This document shows, in pieces, positions 1 to 14,900 of a stretch of DNA of 64,000 nt. The notes below the pieces were generated by a model. That model searched no databases. It had not been told where the DNA came from and was given only the letters and a program-made list of their open reading frames with translations. Origin of the DNA: Eledone cirrhosa (Eukaryota); assembly GCA_964016885.1 (NCBI GenBank), contig OZ024741.1:296794001-296858000 (forward strand), in the 5' to 3' direction. Position numbers and translations under genes: made by a program. Every line of letters begins with the position of its first letter. Positions within the stretch are counted from its first letter, which is position 1.

Positions 1-1075
1 TCCCCTTACCACACACACACACACGCACTCACACCCCAAACACGCACACACACCCCAGTGTATATACACTCACTCATACATATGTACACAACACCTTACC
101 CCTCTCCCCCCCCATAATACCAACACTAACCTCCACCATACATCCACATCCCACTAACACCTCCACTAATAAACACACACACCACCCTCTCCTTAAACTT
201 TACCTCTCTTCACACTAACACACCACACACCAAGATACACTCTCACTCACACCAACCTCACCTTCTCTCATATCCACCACACCTTCAGCACACACATACA
301 CTAAACTCCATTTACACATACGTACACACATGCCACTCTCACCCACACCCACACACACCTGCCTGTATACACAGCTACTTCATCCCACTACTGATAGCAA
401 TGCTACTGCCTCTCACTCACCAGTCTGTTCTGTTGGCTCCACCTCCTGCCCTCCCTCTCACACATTGCCCTGCCATCTCCACCCTCGCCACCTTCTCACC
501 CCACCCCTTTGACTTGACCATCTTGACCACTTCCTGTTGCGCATGTTCCATAACATTCCACTTCCTCCTCACCATTTTATACACACCCGACCACAAGGAC
601 TTTTCACACATGCAACCATACATTTCACACAAACCCACATCATCCTCTCTTAGCCACACAAACACACGCACACACACGTGCACTTCTTCACATACACCCA
701 CACTCCATCCCACACTGCCACACCCACACTGTCTCCGGATTCCGCACGATCTCCCCTCACCACATCTGACCCTTTTCCATCCACACGCACACACACACAC
801 ACACCAACACTCATACAGGGTCTATACACACACAGACATACACTCCACTCCAACACACACAATGGTTTTTTAAAACCCACAAGCACGTACACCCGCTCTC
901 CCCTAGACTCTCACACTTAAATCTACGCATACACACACACACGTACATCTACACACATACACATACCTCACATTGGACTCTATTTTTCCTTGCCCCTCTT
1001 TCTCCCCTCCATCCACCCCTCACACATCACCACACCCATGCCCTCCCGGATCCGTACACCCCTCTCACTTTTTTA
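1..1075. repeat. Degenerate CA/CAC-rich low-complexity region
   Basis: Composition dominated by CA/CAC runs; ORFs are H/T/P-rich artefacts. Confidence 0.8.
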
Positions 1076-1164
1076 TAACTTTTATTTTCCACTTCTTGTT
1101 CCATTTTCAATTTATTTTTATATCTATTTTTCTCGCTAACTTATATATATATATATATATATAT

Positions 1165-1509
1165 ATATACTAATAAAGCTAACTGCCGTATGTATGTAAC
1201 AAACTTTTCGACAAACAGCTGGACCAAACAGCACCAAATTTGCACCATAGATGTAACTTTTTCCAAGTAAGAAAGTGAGGGTATTTTTGTCTACTGAATT
1301 TGGTTAAAAGATTAAAGACATTATTTAAATATTCACTTCTTGAAAATTTCAAATGTCAACACTTCCGGTTATACAACATTCCTCTCACTTTCTTAGTCTG
1401 TCTTTTTAGATAGATACATAGCTATAACGTCGCGCCCTTATAATATGTCTCTGTATGTCTGGCTGTCTGCATTATGAAAGCCGTGTGTGTATATATGTAT
1501 ATATATATA

Positions 1510-1569
<60 letters not shown>

Positions 1570-2597
1570 TTAGTATCATAAATAAGAGACAGTTTAATTT
1601 GTACATTTTATTACACCATTCCTTTATACGTATATATACATACATAAACATGTTATTTACAGTTGTATAAAAGAAAGAAGTATAATTGTTTCTACTTTAG
1701 GCACAAGGCCAGCAATTATCCCAGTACATTACTGGTACTTTTTATATATAATATATATAATACAACATTTCTCTCTCTTTCTTACTCTGCCTTTTTAGAT
1801 AGATACATAGCTCTAACGTTGCATGCTTATAATATCTGTCTGTATGTCTGCCTGTCTGCATTGACTTCACTTCTAACCAACTTTTAATTAATTATATATA
1901 TATATAATTATATATTTGTGTACATATTTTCAACAGTAATACTATACTATACTATAGTATATATTTTCAACAGTAATTCTATACTATATGTATTCAACAG
2001 TCATACTATACTATATATTTTCAACAGTAATACTGTACTATATGTTTTCCTGTACTATATATTTTCAACAGTAATACTGTACTATATATTTTCAACAGTA
2101 ATACTATACTATACTATATATTTTCAACAGCAATACTATACTATATGTATTCAACAGTCATACTATACTATATATTTTCAACAGTAATACTGTACTATAT
2201 GTTTTCCTGTACTATATATTTTCAACAGTAATACTATATTATACTATATATTTTCAACAGCAATACTATACTATACGTTTTCAACAGTCATACTATACTA
2301 TATATTTTCAACAGTAATACTATACTATACTATATATTTTCAACAGCAATACTATACTATACGTTTTCAACAGTCATACTATACTATATATTTTCAACAG
2401 TGATACTATACTATACTATATATTTTCAACAGTAATACTATACTATACTATATATTTTCAACAGTAATACTATACTACACAGACGGCTTATCCTCTGTTT
2501 ATCCAAGCGAAGCTAGGTACATCAGCTATATATATATATATCTGGATGCCGTAGAACATGCCAATGTTGGCCAGGTGCCAGCCGCACTGGCCAGCTA

Positions 2598-2598
<1 letters not shown>
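1165..2598 (+). mobile_element. Non-autonomous Helitron-like element with internal minisatellite
   Basis: 5' end TATAC-TAATAAAG...tgtatgtatgt...accaaatttg resembles invertebrate non-autonomous Helitrons. Two 3'-end-like motifs: gcgaagctaggtacatcagcta (~2507-2528) and a GC hairpin followed by ccagCTAGt (~2571-2599). Flanked by (TA)n. Confidence 0.55.
1920..2480. repeat. Minisatellite, ~25-30 bp unit tatattttcaacagtaatactatac(tatac)
   Basis: Roughly 20 visible tandem copies. Confidence 0.9.
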
Positions 2599-2660
<62 letters not shown>

Positions 2661-2692
2661 CACATCACTGTATCTTATCTCCTCCTTTATAG

Positions 2693-2795
2693 CTAAAGAA
2701 ATGAAGGATATTACCAAGAACTTCTTGCTTGGATTTGGATCTTTTGTTGAGAAGGAAATGCCACCATTTGTTTTCACCAACACCAACCAAAGCAT
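2693..2795 (+). CDS. ITGB: Integrin beta exon (beta-I): (x)[33 protein letters not shown](M)
   Basis: tttatag acceptor, gtaagt donor; GFGSFVEK motif; terminal 'at' joins the 'g' of the next exon to make ATG. Confidence 0.93.
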
Positions 2796-5700
2796 GTAAG
2801 TACAAGTAATGCAGGTCATATTTCATGTCAGCATAAATATATACAAGGTTCAGCTAAAAAGTTCCTAACCTGACCAAAATACTCTCATGGAATGACTAAA
2901 TGAGGTGTATTTTTCAACATAGTCCCTGGAAAGACATAATGCAGTTATTAATAAGAAGAGTTGCAGTTAATGCATGCAAGATTTCACAGCTCTAGCATCA
3001 ATCTTACATCATCATCATCATTTTACATCCGCTTTTCCCTGGTTGTAAGGGTGAGACGGATCCTATTCAGCACAGCATCTCTCCACTTGTCACGATCCTT
3101 CATCATCTCCTCTATGAGCTTCAGCGATATGAGGTCTGCTCTCACCACCTCCACCCATGTTTTTCGTAGTCTTCCTCTACTGCGTCTTCCTCCTACTGGG
3201 ATTTCTTAGCACTTCTTTACCCAACGGTCATCCTCCATACGCATCACATGTCCATACCATCGCAGTCTTCTTTCCCGCACACTACAACTTATCCCTCTTA
3301 TACACAGTTTCTCTCTCAACTCATCTATGCTTGGTCATTCACGCACATTGACATTGCACATCCAACGGAGCATGCTTGCTTCATTTCTCTCCAGCCATCA
3401 CATATCCTCTGTAGTTGCTGCCTATGTCTCACTACCATGCAGCATCGTACATCTCACACAGGCATCATATAACCGGCCTTTCATATGCATGGAGAAACCA
3501 TTCTTTGTCAACAGAGGAAGCAGCTCCCTAAACTTCTTCCAACCCGTCCTTATTCTAGATACTATGGCCTGAAAGATAATGCTAATCTGATCACATAGGT
3601 ACCGGAAGCTATCAACCACTTCTATAGAACCCACCTGCATTTGAAAAATGTGTTTATCACTGCTACTTCTACTGTCAAATTTCCCTGTACATCTATTGCA
3701 TACATAGTTTTTGCTACCTGTTAGTTTGCCTGCTATCCCACTACATCTCTTGTGTACCCAAGATCTGGATTGTGTACATTTTATAGAATTTATGCCAGTT
3801 CCTTTTCTACATATCGAACATGGCCATTTTCCTGATGGAATCAGAGTTTTGTCCTCCTTTCTAGTTATCAACACTTTTGCTTAGCTAGGTTCACTCTCAG
3901 TCCTCTTGATTCCAACTACTGTTTCCATAACCAGAATTTATTCTCTAGCTCCTCTACTGATTCTGCTATAAGAACCAGATCATCAGCATAGAGAAGTTCC
4001 CATGGGCAGCCAGTCTTAAACTCCTCTGTTATAGCTTGGAGTACTATAATGAACAAGAGTGGGTGAGGACCGAACCCTGATGTACTCCTACTTGTATCTA
4101 GAATTCCTCACTAAACTCCATTCCTACTCTCACTTTACTGACAGCTCCTCTGTACATAGCTTGCACTATCCTCACAAGCCATTCCTCTACACCTAGTTTC
4201 CTTAGGGACCACCAGATGACAGATTGGGGTACCCTATCACAGGCCTTCTCTAGGTCATCAAAGCTAAGTATAATGGCTTATTATTTTCTAAGAACCTCTT
4301 TTGTAGTTGTCTCACTAAGAAGAAGGCATCTGTTGTACTTTTCCCAGGCACAAAACCAAACTGCATCTCATCTAATTTGACCCTTTCTCTAATTAATTGC
4401 GCTAATATTCTCTCTGCGACTTTCATAACCTGATCCATCAATTTTATGCCCCTATAATTGCTCCTCTCCAGAGCATCCCCTTTACCTTTGTAGCAATTTA
4501 TGAGAATACTGCTGCACCAGTCTTTGGGTATGACACTGCCATATATAGCTTGATTGATGATGCATGCAACCAGTTTAGTGCCTACTTCTCCTGATGCCTT
4601 CAGCATCTCAGCAACTATACCCGACGGTCCAGCGGCCTTACCATTTTTCATTTCCTTAATCGCCTCTTGCACCCTATATTCGTCAATCTCAATAGTTGGT
4701 CCCTCTGTCAGGTCTACTGGGGGTAATTTCTCTCTTTCCCATTCGCTCTTCACATTCATCAGTCTCTCATAATGACATTTCCAGGCCTCCTTGTTTTGAT
4801 CATTTGTGACACTAAGTACACCAGCATCATTTCGAACACACTCATCTCCAACAACATCCTGATTTACACCAACACACTGCCTCGCAATGCGGAACACTGC
4901 ACGTCTCTGATCTTCCCGTCGCAGAACATCGGCAAACCTCCTATTCTCAGCCTCCCTGCGTGCTAAGTACACCTGACGTCTAGCTTCTCTCTTAGTAGCT
5001 GTGTATCGGTCTCTACTCCCACCATTTTTCCATCTATGTCATACGATTCTAAATCGTCTTCTTTTTCGTCATACACATCTTGAAGGGCTTTCCTATATTT
5101 ATATTTTAGCTTCCAGACCTTTCTTTTACACACCTTCCTGTATGTCTCATTTTGTCTCTTGCTTACTGAGATGTCACTAACGAGTAACCTATGCTGTGGG
5201 GGTACAGTCTTCTCCGGGGTATGCCTTAGTATTTGACACCATCTGTCTGTCTTGCTGCCTAACTAGCAAGAAGTCAATCTGGCTTATGTGCTTGCCTGAT
5301 TTGTAGGTTATTAGGGTTGGTAGGTTTCTTGAAGTTAGTGTTGCAAATGGTTAGTGCACTTGCATCACAAAATTCAAGAAGCCTCACTCCTTCTTCATTT
5401 CTTGAGCCATAACCATACCCACCATGTACCCCAGTGTATCCATCCTGGAGCTGTCCAACATGACCATTGAAGTCCCCTGCTAGCATAACGATGTCTCCAT
5501 CCTCTGTCATTGTGGCTGTTTCTAAAGGTTGCTTGTAAAAGTAGTCTTTCTCTTCTTTACCTAGGCCCGCCTGGGGAGCATAGGCAGAGATGATTGTCAG
5601 CAGTCTCTTGCTTTCAACTAATCTAATCTTAATTATTCTATTACTAACTCTAACTACCTCTATTGTCTTATCGATCCATCTCTCAGACAAATGCCTACCC

Positions 5701-8700
5701 CCACCTAACCCATCATCATTACCTACCCAGAAAAGCTTAGAACTAAGATGTTTGCCTGAGATTAGTCTCGCTGAGGCACCTCTCCATCTCACCTCTTGCA
5801 TGCAGCACACATCCAGATGCCTTCTCTCTAGCATCTCCACTATCCCACCAAATCTATCTGTTAGAGTGCCAACATTAAGTGTGGCAACGTCTTCATGTTC
5901 TTGTTCTTGTTCTTGTTGTGCAATTGCTTGATGATGGTCAGGGGGTTCTCACACATGGCCACACCAGCCACCCCCACTACTGTGCGCAGCCCTAATATGG
6001 TTAGTGTCATTGCTGTTTACGCAGTTATTGTTGTTGTTATGCGATTGCTTGATGACGGTCGGGGGGAGGGGTTCTCGCATATGGTCGCACCATGCCCTAA
6101 CATGGTTAGTGTTATTGCTGTTTACGCAGTTGTTGCAATTCTCATTTGTCGTGCTCATAGTTTTTGGCATTAATATATACTGAATGAATGCCCTTCCCAA
6201 CACCAGCACCACTTTACAGCATGGACTGGGTGCTTTTATTTATGCTACCAGCACTAGAGAGGTTGTCTTACTGGAGTTAGGGGACCTCTTTACCCAATTT
6301 ATTTGGAATGGTAGCTCTCCTAGACGAGTTTCCTACGCTATGGCTTATGGAGCCTCTGTCCGCCCTGTGCCTGCGCTGAGCGGAACTTGGTTTAACATGC
6401 TATGTGCACATGTTTAGTGTACAACACCAGGCATGCATACCAGAAGGTGATAGATATAGGGTAGGTGGGTGGGATGAGAAATGGCGATTTCCTAGCCTCA
6501 GTTATCCTAAACATGGCTATTCTGTATGAGTGATTTTCTGTTATGAATATACGCACGTACACAACACATATATATATATATTAACAGCTATATAAATACA
6601 AACAGACATTAATACATATATCTATGAATTTTTCAGGCGACCTTCATACGTATATATACTTATAGCTGTATACTTAGCTAGGAGGGAAGCAGAGGATAGA
6701 AAATTCAAGCATGTTCTGCAACGTGAGGACCAGAAACAGGAGGTGTTCAAGATTGCGAGGCAGTGTGTCAGAGATAGTTGCGATGTCATTGGAGAGAAGT
6801 GTATCCGGAATGATAAAGGTGAGCTTGCCCTCACAAGTGCTGAGAAGAAAGATGCATGGAAGAGTCATTATGATAGATTACTAAATGAGGAGAATGCATG
6901 GGAAGAAGAGACCCTACCCTAAGTAGACCCTATAGAGGGGCCAGCAGTACAAGTCAGCAGCAGCGTAGTAAGTAAGGCAATCAAAGATATGAAGATGGGG
7001 AAGGCAACCGGTCCATCGGGTATAGCTGCCGAGATGCTGAAGGCATCTGGGTCTGTAGGTCACACTATAACCACACGTATTGTTAACCAGGTAATACTAG
7101 AAGGTGTCATACCAAAAGATTGGTGCAGTAGCATCATTGTCAACTGCTACAAAGGTAAAGGCGATGCACTAGATAGAGGAAACTATAGAGGTATAAAGTT
7201 GATGGACCAGGTCATGAAAGTAACAGAAAGAGTTATAGCACAGTTGATTAGGGACCGGGTGAAAATAGACAAGATGCAATTTGGGTTTGTACCAGGAAGA
7301 GGCACCACTGATGCCCTCTTCCTTGTGAGGCAATTACAGGAAAAGTACCTAGCTAAAAGTAAGCCACTCTACTTGGCATTTGTCGACCTTGAGAAAGCCT
7401 TTGACAGAGTTCCACGTGCTGTAATCTGGTGGGCTCTTAGAAAACTAGGAGTAGATGAATGGCTTGTGAAAGCGGTACAAGCCATGTATAGGGGAGCAGT
7501 CAGCAAAGTTAGGATTAGCAATGAGTATAGCGAGGAATTTAGCGTACAGCTCTGTTCTTAGCCCCCTCCTGTTCATCATAGTCCTGCAGGCAATAACGGA
7601 GGAGTTTAAGACCGGATGCCCATGGGAACTCCTGTATGCTGATGACCTCGCACTCATAGCTGAATCTATGGTAGAACTAGAGAATAAATTCCAAACTTGG
7701 AAGCAGGGACTAGAAAGAAAGGGTCTCAAGGTCAACATGACAAAGACTAAGGTCCTTGTAAGTAGACGAGAAAACAGAACCCAGATCCCCTCAGGGAAAT
7801 GGCCTTGCTCAGTATGTAGGAAAGGTGTAGGTAGGAACTCCATTCTCTGCCCCAAATGCAAACAATGGGTACACAAGAGATGTAGCGGGATCTCAGGAAG
7901 CTTAATTAAGAATGTAGGCTTCACATGCAGCAGCTGTGCTGAGACAGCAAGCAGCAAACAGCCACAGGAAACAAGTACCACCAATCTCTGGGAGGGCTCT
8001 GTAGAAACAGTAGACAGCTTCTGCTACCTAGGTGACCGAATTAGCAGCGGAGGTGGGTGTTCAGAAAGTACAATAACTAGGGTAAGAACGGGATGGAAGA
8101 AGTTTAGGGAACTACTACCACTGCTAGCTGCAAAAGGCTTCTCCCTCAGAATGAAAGGCAGACTGTATGATGCGTGTATCCGAACAGCAATGTTGCATGG
8201 TAGTGAGACTTGGGCGCTGAAGGTGGAAGACTTACGTAGATTAGAGAGAAACGAAGCCTGCATGCTCCGATGGATGTGTAATAGTAATATACGTGAACGG
8301 CAAAGCATAAATGAATTGAGAGAGAGACTGAGAATCAGAGGAATCAAATGCTGTGTGCAGGAGAGGCGGTTGCGATGGTATGGACATGTGATGCGTATGA
8401 AGGATGACAGCTGCATAAAAAGGTGCAGAGCACTAGAAGTTGATGGAAACCGCGGAGTGGGGAGACCCAAGATGACCTGGGATGAGGTGATAAAAGCCGA
8501 CCTTACCCAATTACACCTCTCAAAGGCAATGACACACGACCGTGCCTTCTGGCGTCACGCAGTAATACAGAGTACCCGACCTCCCATGGGTACAAGCTGA
8601 AGCATATAGACAATATGCTTCCACACCCCCCACCACAAGGTGGTCGTGGAGGTGCCACGGCAAAAAAGCACCCAGCCCACACTGTAAAGTGGACGTGTAG

Positions 8701-8883
8701 GCGCCACGAAAAAGCACCCAGCACTCACTGTAAATGAGGTTGGTGTTAGGAAGGGCATCCAGCTGTAGAAATCAAGCCAAATCAGTTCCTGTATGAGCAA
8801 GGCATGGTCAGCCGACCAGACACTGCCCACAACAGGACAACCCGTCTAACCCATGCTAGCGTGGAAGAACGGACGTAAAACGG

Positions 8884-8929
<46 letters not shown>

Positions 8930-11900
8930 ATATATAGTGTTGGACATGATAAATGCACCCAGTACATGCTGTAAAGTGGTTGGTAATAGGAAGGGCATCC
9001 AGCCATAGAAAGCTTGCCAAACATAAGGTTGGGAGGACCCGCAGTTGTGTCAAAGATATGACAACCTCTCCTGAGCACTCAGTAAAACATAAGCAAGATG
9101 CAGATCTCTGGCTTGTCTGGGAGATCAGTAGTCCCACTTCAGTACTGACTTGATCTATGTAAACCTGTTCAACCCTTGCTAACATGGAAAGCAGACATTA
9201 AAATGACAATGATGATATATATATATTAAGATTCTCTTTCTGCTATTTCAAGCGTTAAACTAATATATTCCTTCCATATACTGTACCGTTTGTATTGTTA
9301 TTTCTGTTTACCTTTCACATTTATATATGTGTGTGTGTGTGTATATATATTGATATATGATATATGTATGACTAGTGCCATGATAAAATACACCCATTAC
9401 ACTCTGTAAAGTGATAGTATTGATGCCATGGTAATGTTCACCTGACAATTTTTCAAACATTTTACCTAGTTTAATGTTAAAACTTATTCCTTCATCGTCT
9501 TTACGCAGGTGTGAAGATTGTGCTCCAACCTATGATTACCGTCATGTCATGGAACTGTCACCAAATGGTACCAAATTCTCTGTGAGTTAACCATTTTTAC
9601 ACATTTTTTTGTTTTTGATTTCTTGTTATGGTTACATATTTCTTTCAGTTAATTTCAAGAAAATATGTTATTTGGTTTAGAATAAGTACACAATATCCTT
9701 GTGTGTATCATCATCGTCATCAACATCATTTAATATCCATTTTAAATAATTGTTTCTACGTTAGGCACAAGGCCAGCAATTACCCAGTACATTACTGGTA
9801 CTTTATTTTATCGACCCCGTAAGGATGAAAGGCAAAGTTAACCTCGGCGGGATTTGAACTCAGAATGGCAAGGGCCGTAACTCTATGCGCCAAAACATGG
9901 CATCCGACACTCTACCAATACTGCCAATCCACCGCCTTTTATTAATTGTTTCTACTTTAGGCACAAGGCCAGCAATTACCCAGTGCATTACTGGTACTTT
10001 ATTTTATCGACCCCGTAAGGATGAAAGGCAAAGTCAACCTCGGCGTGATTTGAACTCAGATCGTAAAGGGACGTAACTATGCTGGAAAGCATGGCGTCCG
10101 ACCCTCTACCGATACTGCCAATCCACCGCCCTTTATCTTTTTTTTTCCGACCTTTCAGAAATAGTAAAGCTAAGGAGGTTAAGCTACATAAATTATGAGA
10201 ATGCGAGATTGAATCAATCTTCATATATCTAAATAATTTGAGCAACTATCTGCTACAACCAGCGTCAGATAAAAGATCTTCAATAGTAATTCAGAGAGAT
10301 TCCCATCTTTAAAATAATCATCACATTTTAAATAATGATGCTGATACATAATGGGATAAGGTTTAGAATAGGTACAACATATTCCTGTGGTTTTGAATAG
10401 ATACACCATATCCCTGTGGCTTAGAAGTGGTAGACTATATCCCTGTAGCTTAGAATAGGCACACCGTATCCCTGTGGTTTAGAATAGATACACCATATCA
10501 CTGTGGGTTAGAATTGGTACACCCTATCTCTGTTTGTATCTGGTTGAGAATAGGTACGCCATATCCTTGTGTTAATCTGGTTTACAACAGGTACACTGTA
10601 TCCCTGTGTGTAACTTAATTCAGAATAAGTTTATTGTATCAATGTGTGTATCTGGTTTATAATAGGTACACTGTATCCCTATGTGTATCTGGTTTAGAAA
10701 AGATACACTCTATCCCTGTATGTATCTGGTTTAGGATAGCTACACTGTATCCTTATATGTATCTTAGTTTAGAATAGGTACACCATATCCCTGTGTGTTT
10801 AGAGTAGGCACATCATATACCTGCAAGTTGTAAGAGGCAACTAAAGGGATTGGTATCAGGAAGGGTATCCAGCCATCAAATATTGCTTGAAAAAGGACTC
10901 CATGGTGAGTATTAAGCTTGTCACAGAGACTGCAAGATTAACTAATGCATAAGCAAGAAAAAGGGCCTTAAAATATGTGTTGTTGTTCTTGTATGAAGTC
11001 CTCATTTGTTGTTATTGTTTAGTGTTGTGGTAGCTTTGATTTTCAGCAGACCTATGCTAAAACACATTCCAGCTGTGACCATCCTGTCTTCTGTCCAGAA
11101 TACATTATCTTATGCATTCTATAGTTTGACCTTCATTGAACAGTCTGATGATAAAAGGTATTCTAGCTATGACTAACCCATCTTTTTTTCAGTCATAGTT
11201 TAACCCTTTAATGTTCAAACCGTCCAAAACCGGCCAGAATTCTCTACCTCTTTCTATTGAAACTGGCTGTAACTGGTCGCGCAAACTGATGTTAAGGTAT
11301 TGTTCTCAAAATAAATACTTTCAAAATCTCATACATTCAATATTATGTGAGATATTATGTGAGGTAAAGCTTTTACCATGAAAATATAATAGTATATATA
11401 GAGTAATGTAAATGCTAAAGGGTTAACTGGGACTACATTATTTAATGACTACATTATTTTGTGAAGGCACATGGCTATGTGGTTAGAGAACTTGATTTGC
11501 AATTGTGAGGTTGAAAGTTTTATTCTTGGGCCAGATGATGCATTATGTCCTTGAGCAAGACACTTTATTTCACATTGCTCAATCTGCCAGGAGTTGCGAC
11601 CAATAGATAATATCAGCAATGGAAAGACCAATGGACAAGTTCCACCCAACTCGATAAGTGAATGAAGTCTGGGATCTTGTCAGTCGATTTGATCAATCAA
11701 CAATATTTAATGTATCTTTTCATATCTTTAAAGTTGGAAATTTATAATTAGAGGGATTTAGTGAGCTGGTCCCAGGGTTACTTACTCCAGTAAGCACCAC
11801 TGGATCCCAGCTACTAAATTTAATCGAAATATGAGGTAGGAGAATGTTCATACAATATCAGGCCGTGTGAGAAATATCTTGCACTACTAGAAGTAATGAC

Positions 11901-14900
11901 TGAAAACGTAATGAGTTTCTCAAAGCGAGTATCAAATATAAACATGCATTTATTGTAGATCCATGTTACAAATGTGGTAAACAAATATCCTCGTGACATA
12001 ACGAGGTACAGTCCTGAACCTTGAGATGTGGTTAGAGAAAGGTTAGCATGCTTGCTCTCGATATGATCAGTTTGAGAAAAAAACGCCAGAAAGAGGAAGA
12101 TTTGAGTTCCCTCTTTTATAATCCCTTGACCGGAAGTTACAAGGAAGGTTCTAGAATTTCAATGGGAAGTAACTCTAGCTACTTCCCTTGTCTAGAGAGT
12201 GCTACAAGACTCCCCTCTCAGATGAGAAGTCGAATAACCAATTGAAGATCATTGTAGCGAGAACCCGTAAGAAATGAGGAGCAAAACAAAAGGTACAAGA
12301 AAAATGAATGAATAAAAAAACATGAGCAAGCAAATAGCAAAAATGAGCATAAAACAAGTAATGCATTTTACAAAGAATATGTTTCAATGTAACAATTGAT
12401 AAATCATAGTCAATACAAAGGAGCAGAGAAAATTGATGCTCAATGGTAAAATCAATGTTTTTCAAAGTCAAATAGTTCATACATCACTAGTGTACAGACT
12501 TTCTGACACTAGTTCTATCTGAAACTGAAAAAGAAGTTGTTAATGCCACTAGGGGTTAAATGTATATTGTTTTTGATAGTTTTTGTGGCCATTTTACCGT
12601 CCTGCCACCTCGTGTGACATAAGGTTGTGTGGTATGTGGTGTTTGCGGTTGAGGTGAAGGTGTTGGTGTAGGAGTGTATGTACGAGGTGTATCAGGCAGT
12701 GTGATGAGACTTTCGGAGAAAGCCTTTTTTACTCTGTCAATGGATATTGTCTCTTTTCGACCATTGACAGCCACTATGAAATGTTTTGGTGTGTGCGAAA
12801 GCACACAAAAAGGTCCATTGTAGGGTGACGTAAGAGGTCCCTTGACGGAATCATTCTGTATGAAAATGTGTGTCCACGTAGAGATGTCCGATGGGACAGC
12901 AGAAGAAATAGACTGGTCACAAGGGTTCATCGGTGGAAGATCCGAGAAATACGAACAAATCCTGGTGACATATGATGCTGGGTCAAGATGTGATGAATCC
13001 ACCGGTGCTAACATTTGTCCAGGAAGAGACAATGTGGTACCATAAAGAAGTTCAGCAGAAGAAAAACCTAAATCTGTCTTAATGGCAGAACGACAACCAA
13101 GAAGCACGATAGGCAAAAATTCAGTCCAACGTTGTGGATCAGGAGTAGCGCGAAGTGCAGCTTTCAACTGTCTATGAAACCTCTCGACCATTCCATTGGA
13201 GGCTGGGTGATAGCTGGTCGTATGAATGTGATGAGCACCCAAGAGTCATGATATTTCACAAAATAAGGAAGCCTCAAATTGGCGTCCACGATCTGTAGTT
13301 ATTTTAGTAGGAACCCCAAAGCGAGCAATCCAATTGGAAATGAAATCTCGGGCAACGGACTCTACTGTTATGTCGACTAGGGGTATGGCTTCAGACCATC
13401 GAGAGAAACTGTCGATACAAGTCAATATGTATGTGAACCCACGACTAACGGGCCATGGACCACAATATCCATGTGAATATGACGGAAACGTGCATCTGGC
13501 GGGCTGAATTTCCCAAGAGGATTGCGGACATGCCGATGAATCTTAGAGCGCTGACACTTCAAGCAAGAACCTGCCCAACTGGTGATTAAACGACGCATAT
13601 TAGGCCAGAAGAATCGAACCGTAATGAGCTTCACCGTGGCAGCTATGCCAGGATGCGACAAGGAATGAAGTGCATCAAAAACGGTCCGCTGATGACAATC
13701 CGGAACAAGTGGTCTGGGTGAACCAGTAGAAATATCACAAAGAATTTTTCCTTCAGCGGATGGAAGAGGTAAATAATCAAACTTACAGCAGGAAAGCTGG
13801 GTAGAAGAAATGTCCAACGAATCCAAAGTAGGTTGTTCAGTTGCTATGGCAACCAAATCGATATGTGCAGGAGACGCAAGAGAACACACAGAAAGTCGAG
13901 ATAGTGCGTCCGCAGGTATGTTGGCAGTTCCAGCTATATGACGAATGTCACTGGTATACTGGGAGATGAGATCCAGATGCCTATACGCTCTCGGAGAGTA
14001 CCTGTCGGATTTGGTTTGAAGAGCGAATGTGAGTGGTTTATGGTCTGTGAATACCGTGAATTCCCAACCTTCAAGAAGATGGTGGAAATGTCTCACAGCA
14101 AGATAAATCGCTAGAAGCTCTCTGTCAAAAGTGCTGGTTTTAGTTGGCGTGAGAAAAACGCCAGTGGTTGAACCTGGTGATTGATTGCAAAATTGCACCA
14201 ACAGCATGATCGGATGCATCAACAGATAAGGAAAGTCTCGCGTTTGCAACAGGATGGGCAAGGAAGGAAATTTCAGCTAGCACAAGACTTGACGGATTCA
14301 AAAGACTGCAAGGCATCGGCAGAAAGTGAAATAGGAGCATCTTTCTATTTTTCAGCCTTTAAAAACTGTGTCAAAGGGAATAACTTGTCCACACAGTTAG
14401 GAATGAAACAACGATAAAAGTTAATTAATCCCAAGAAATGGCGTAATTGTTTCAAGGATATTGGTGGTGCGATATGCTGAATCACTTCTACCTTAGATGG
14501 CAAAGGACGAATGCCTTCTGAATCTATAAGATGTCCAAGGAATTCCAGTGAAGCTGTGCCCAAAACACATTTAGCTGGGTTGATTCTGACTTGGTAGGAT
14601 CGAAGACGCTAAAATAACTGAGATAGATGTTGATGATGATGTTCAACTGTGTCACTGGCTATCAGGAGATTATCAACGTAAGCAAACACGAAATCCAATC
14701 CATGCATGACTTCATCGATAAAACATTGGAACGTACTAGAGGCATTCCGCAAACCAAAAGGCATGGATAGAAATTCAAACGAACCAAAAGGTGTGGTCAC
14801 AGCTGTTTTTGGTATGTCTTCTGGATTTATGGGTATTTGATGGTAAACGCGTACCAGATCTATTTTAGAAAATATCTTGCATCCATGCAGAATGGATGAA

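Noticed and set aside
9509-9530. Very short CxxC specificity loop as a novelty
   Set aside because: CxxC loops are known in invertebrate integrin betas such as Drosophila betaPS
12048-12245. Short ORF duplicated at 17037-17219
   Set aside because: Incidental frame inside the LTRs, antisense to the element
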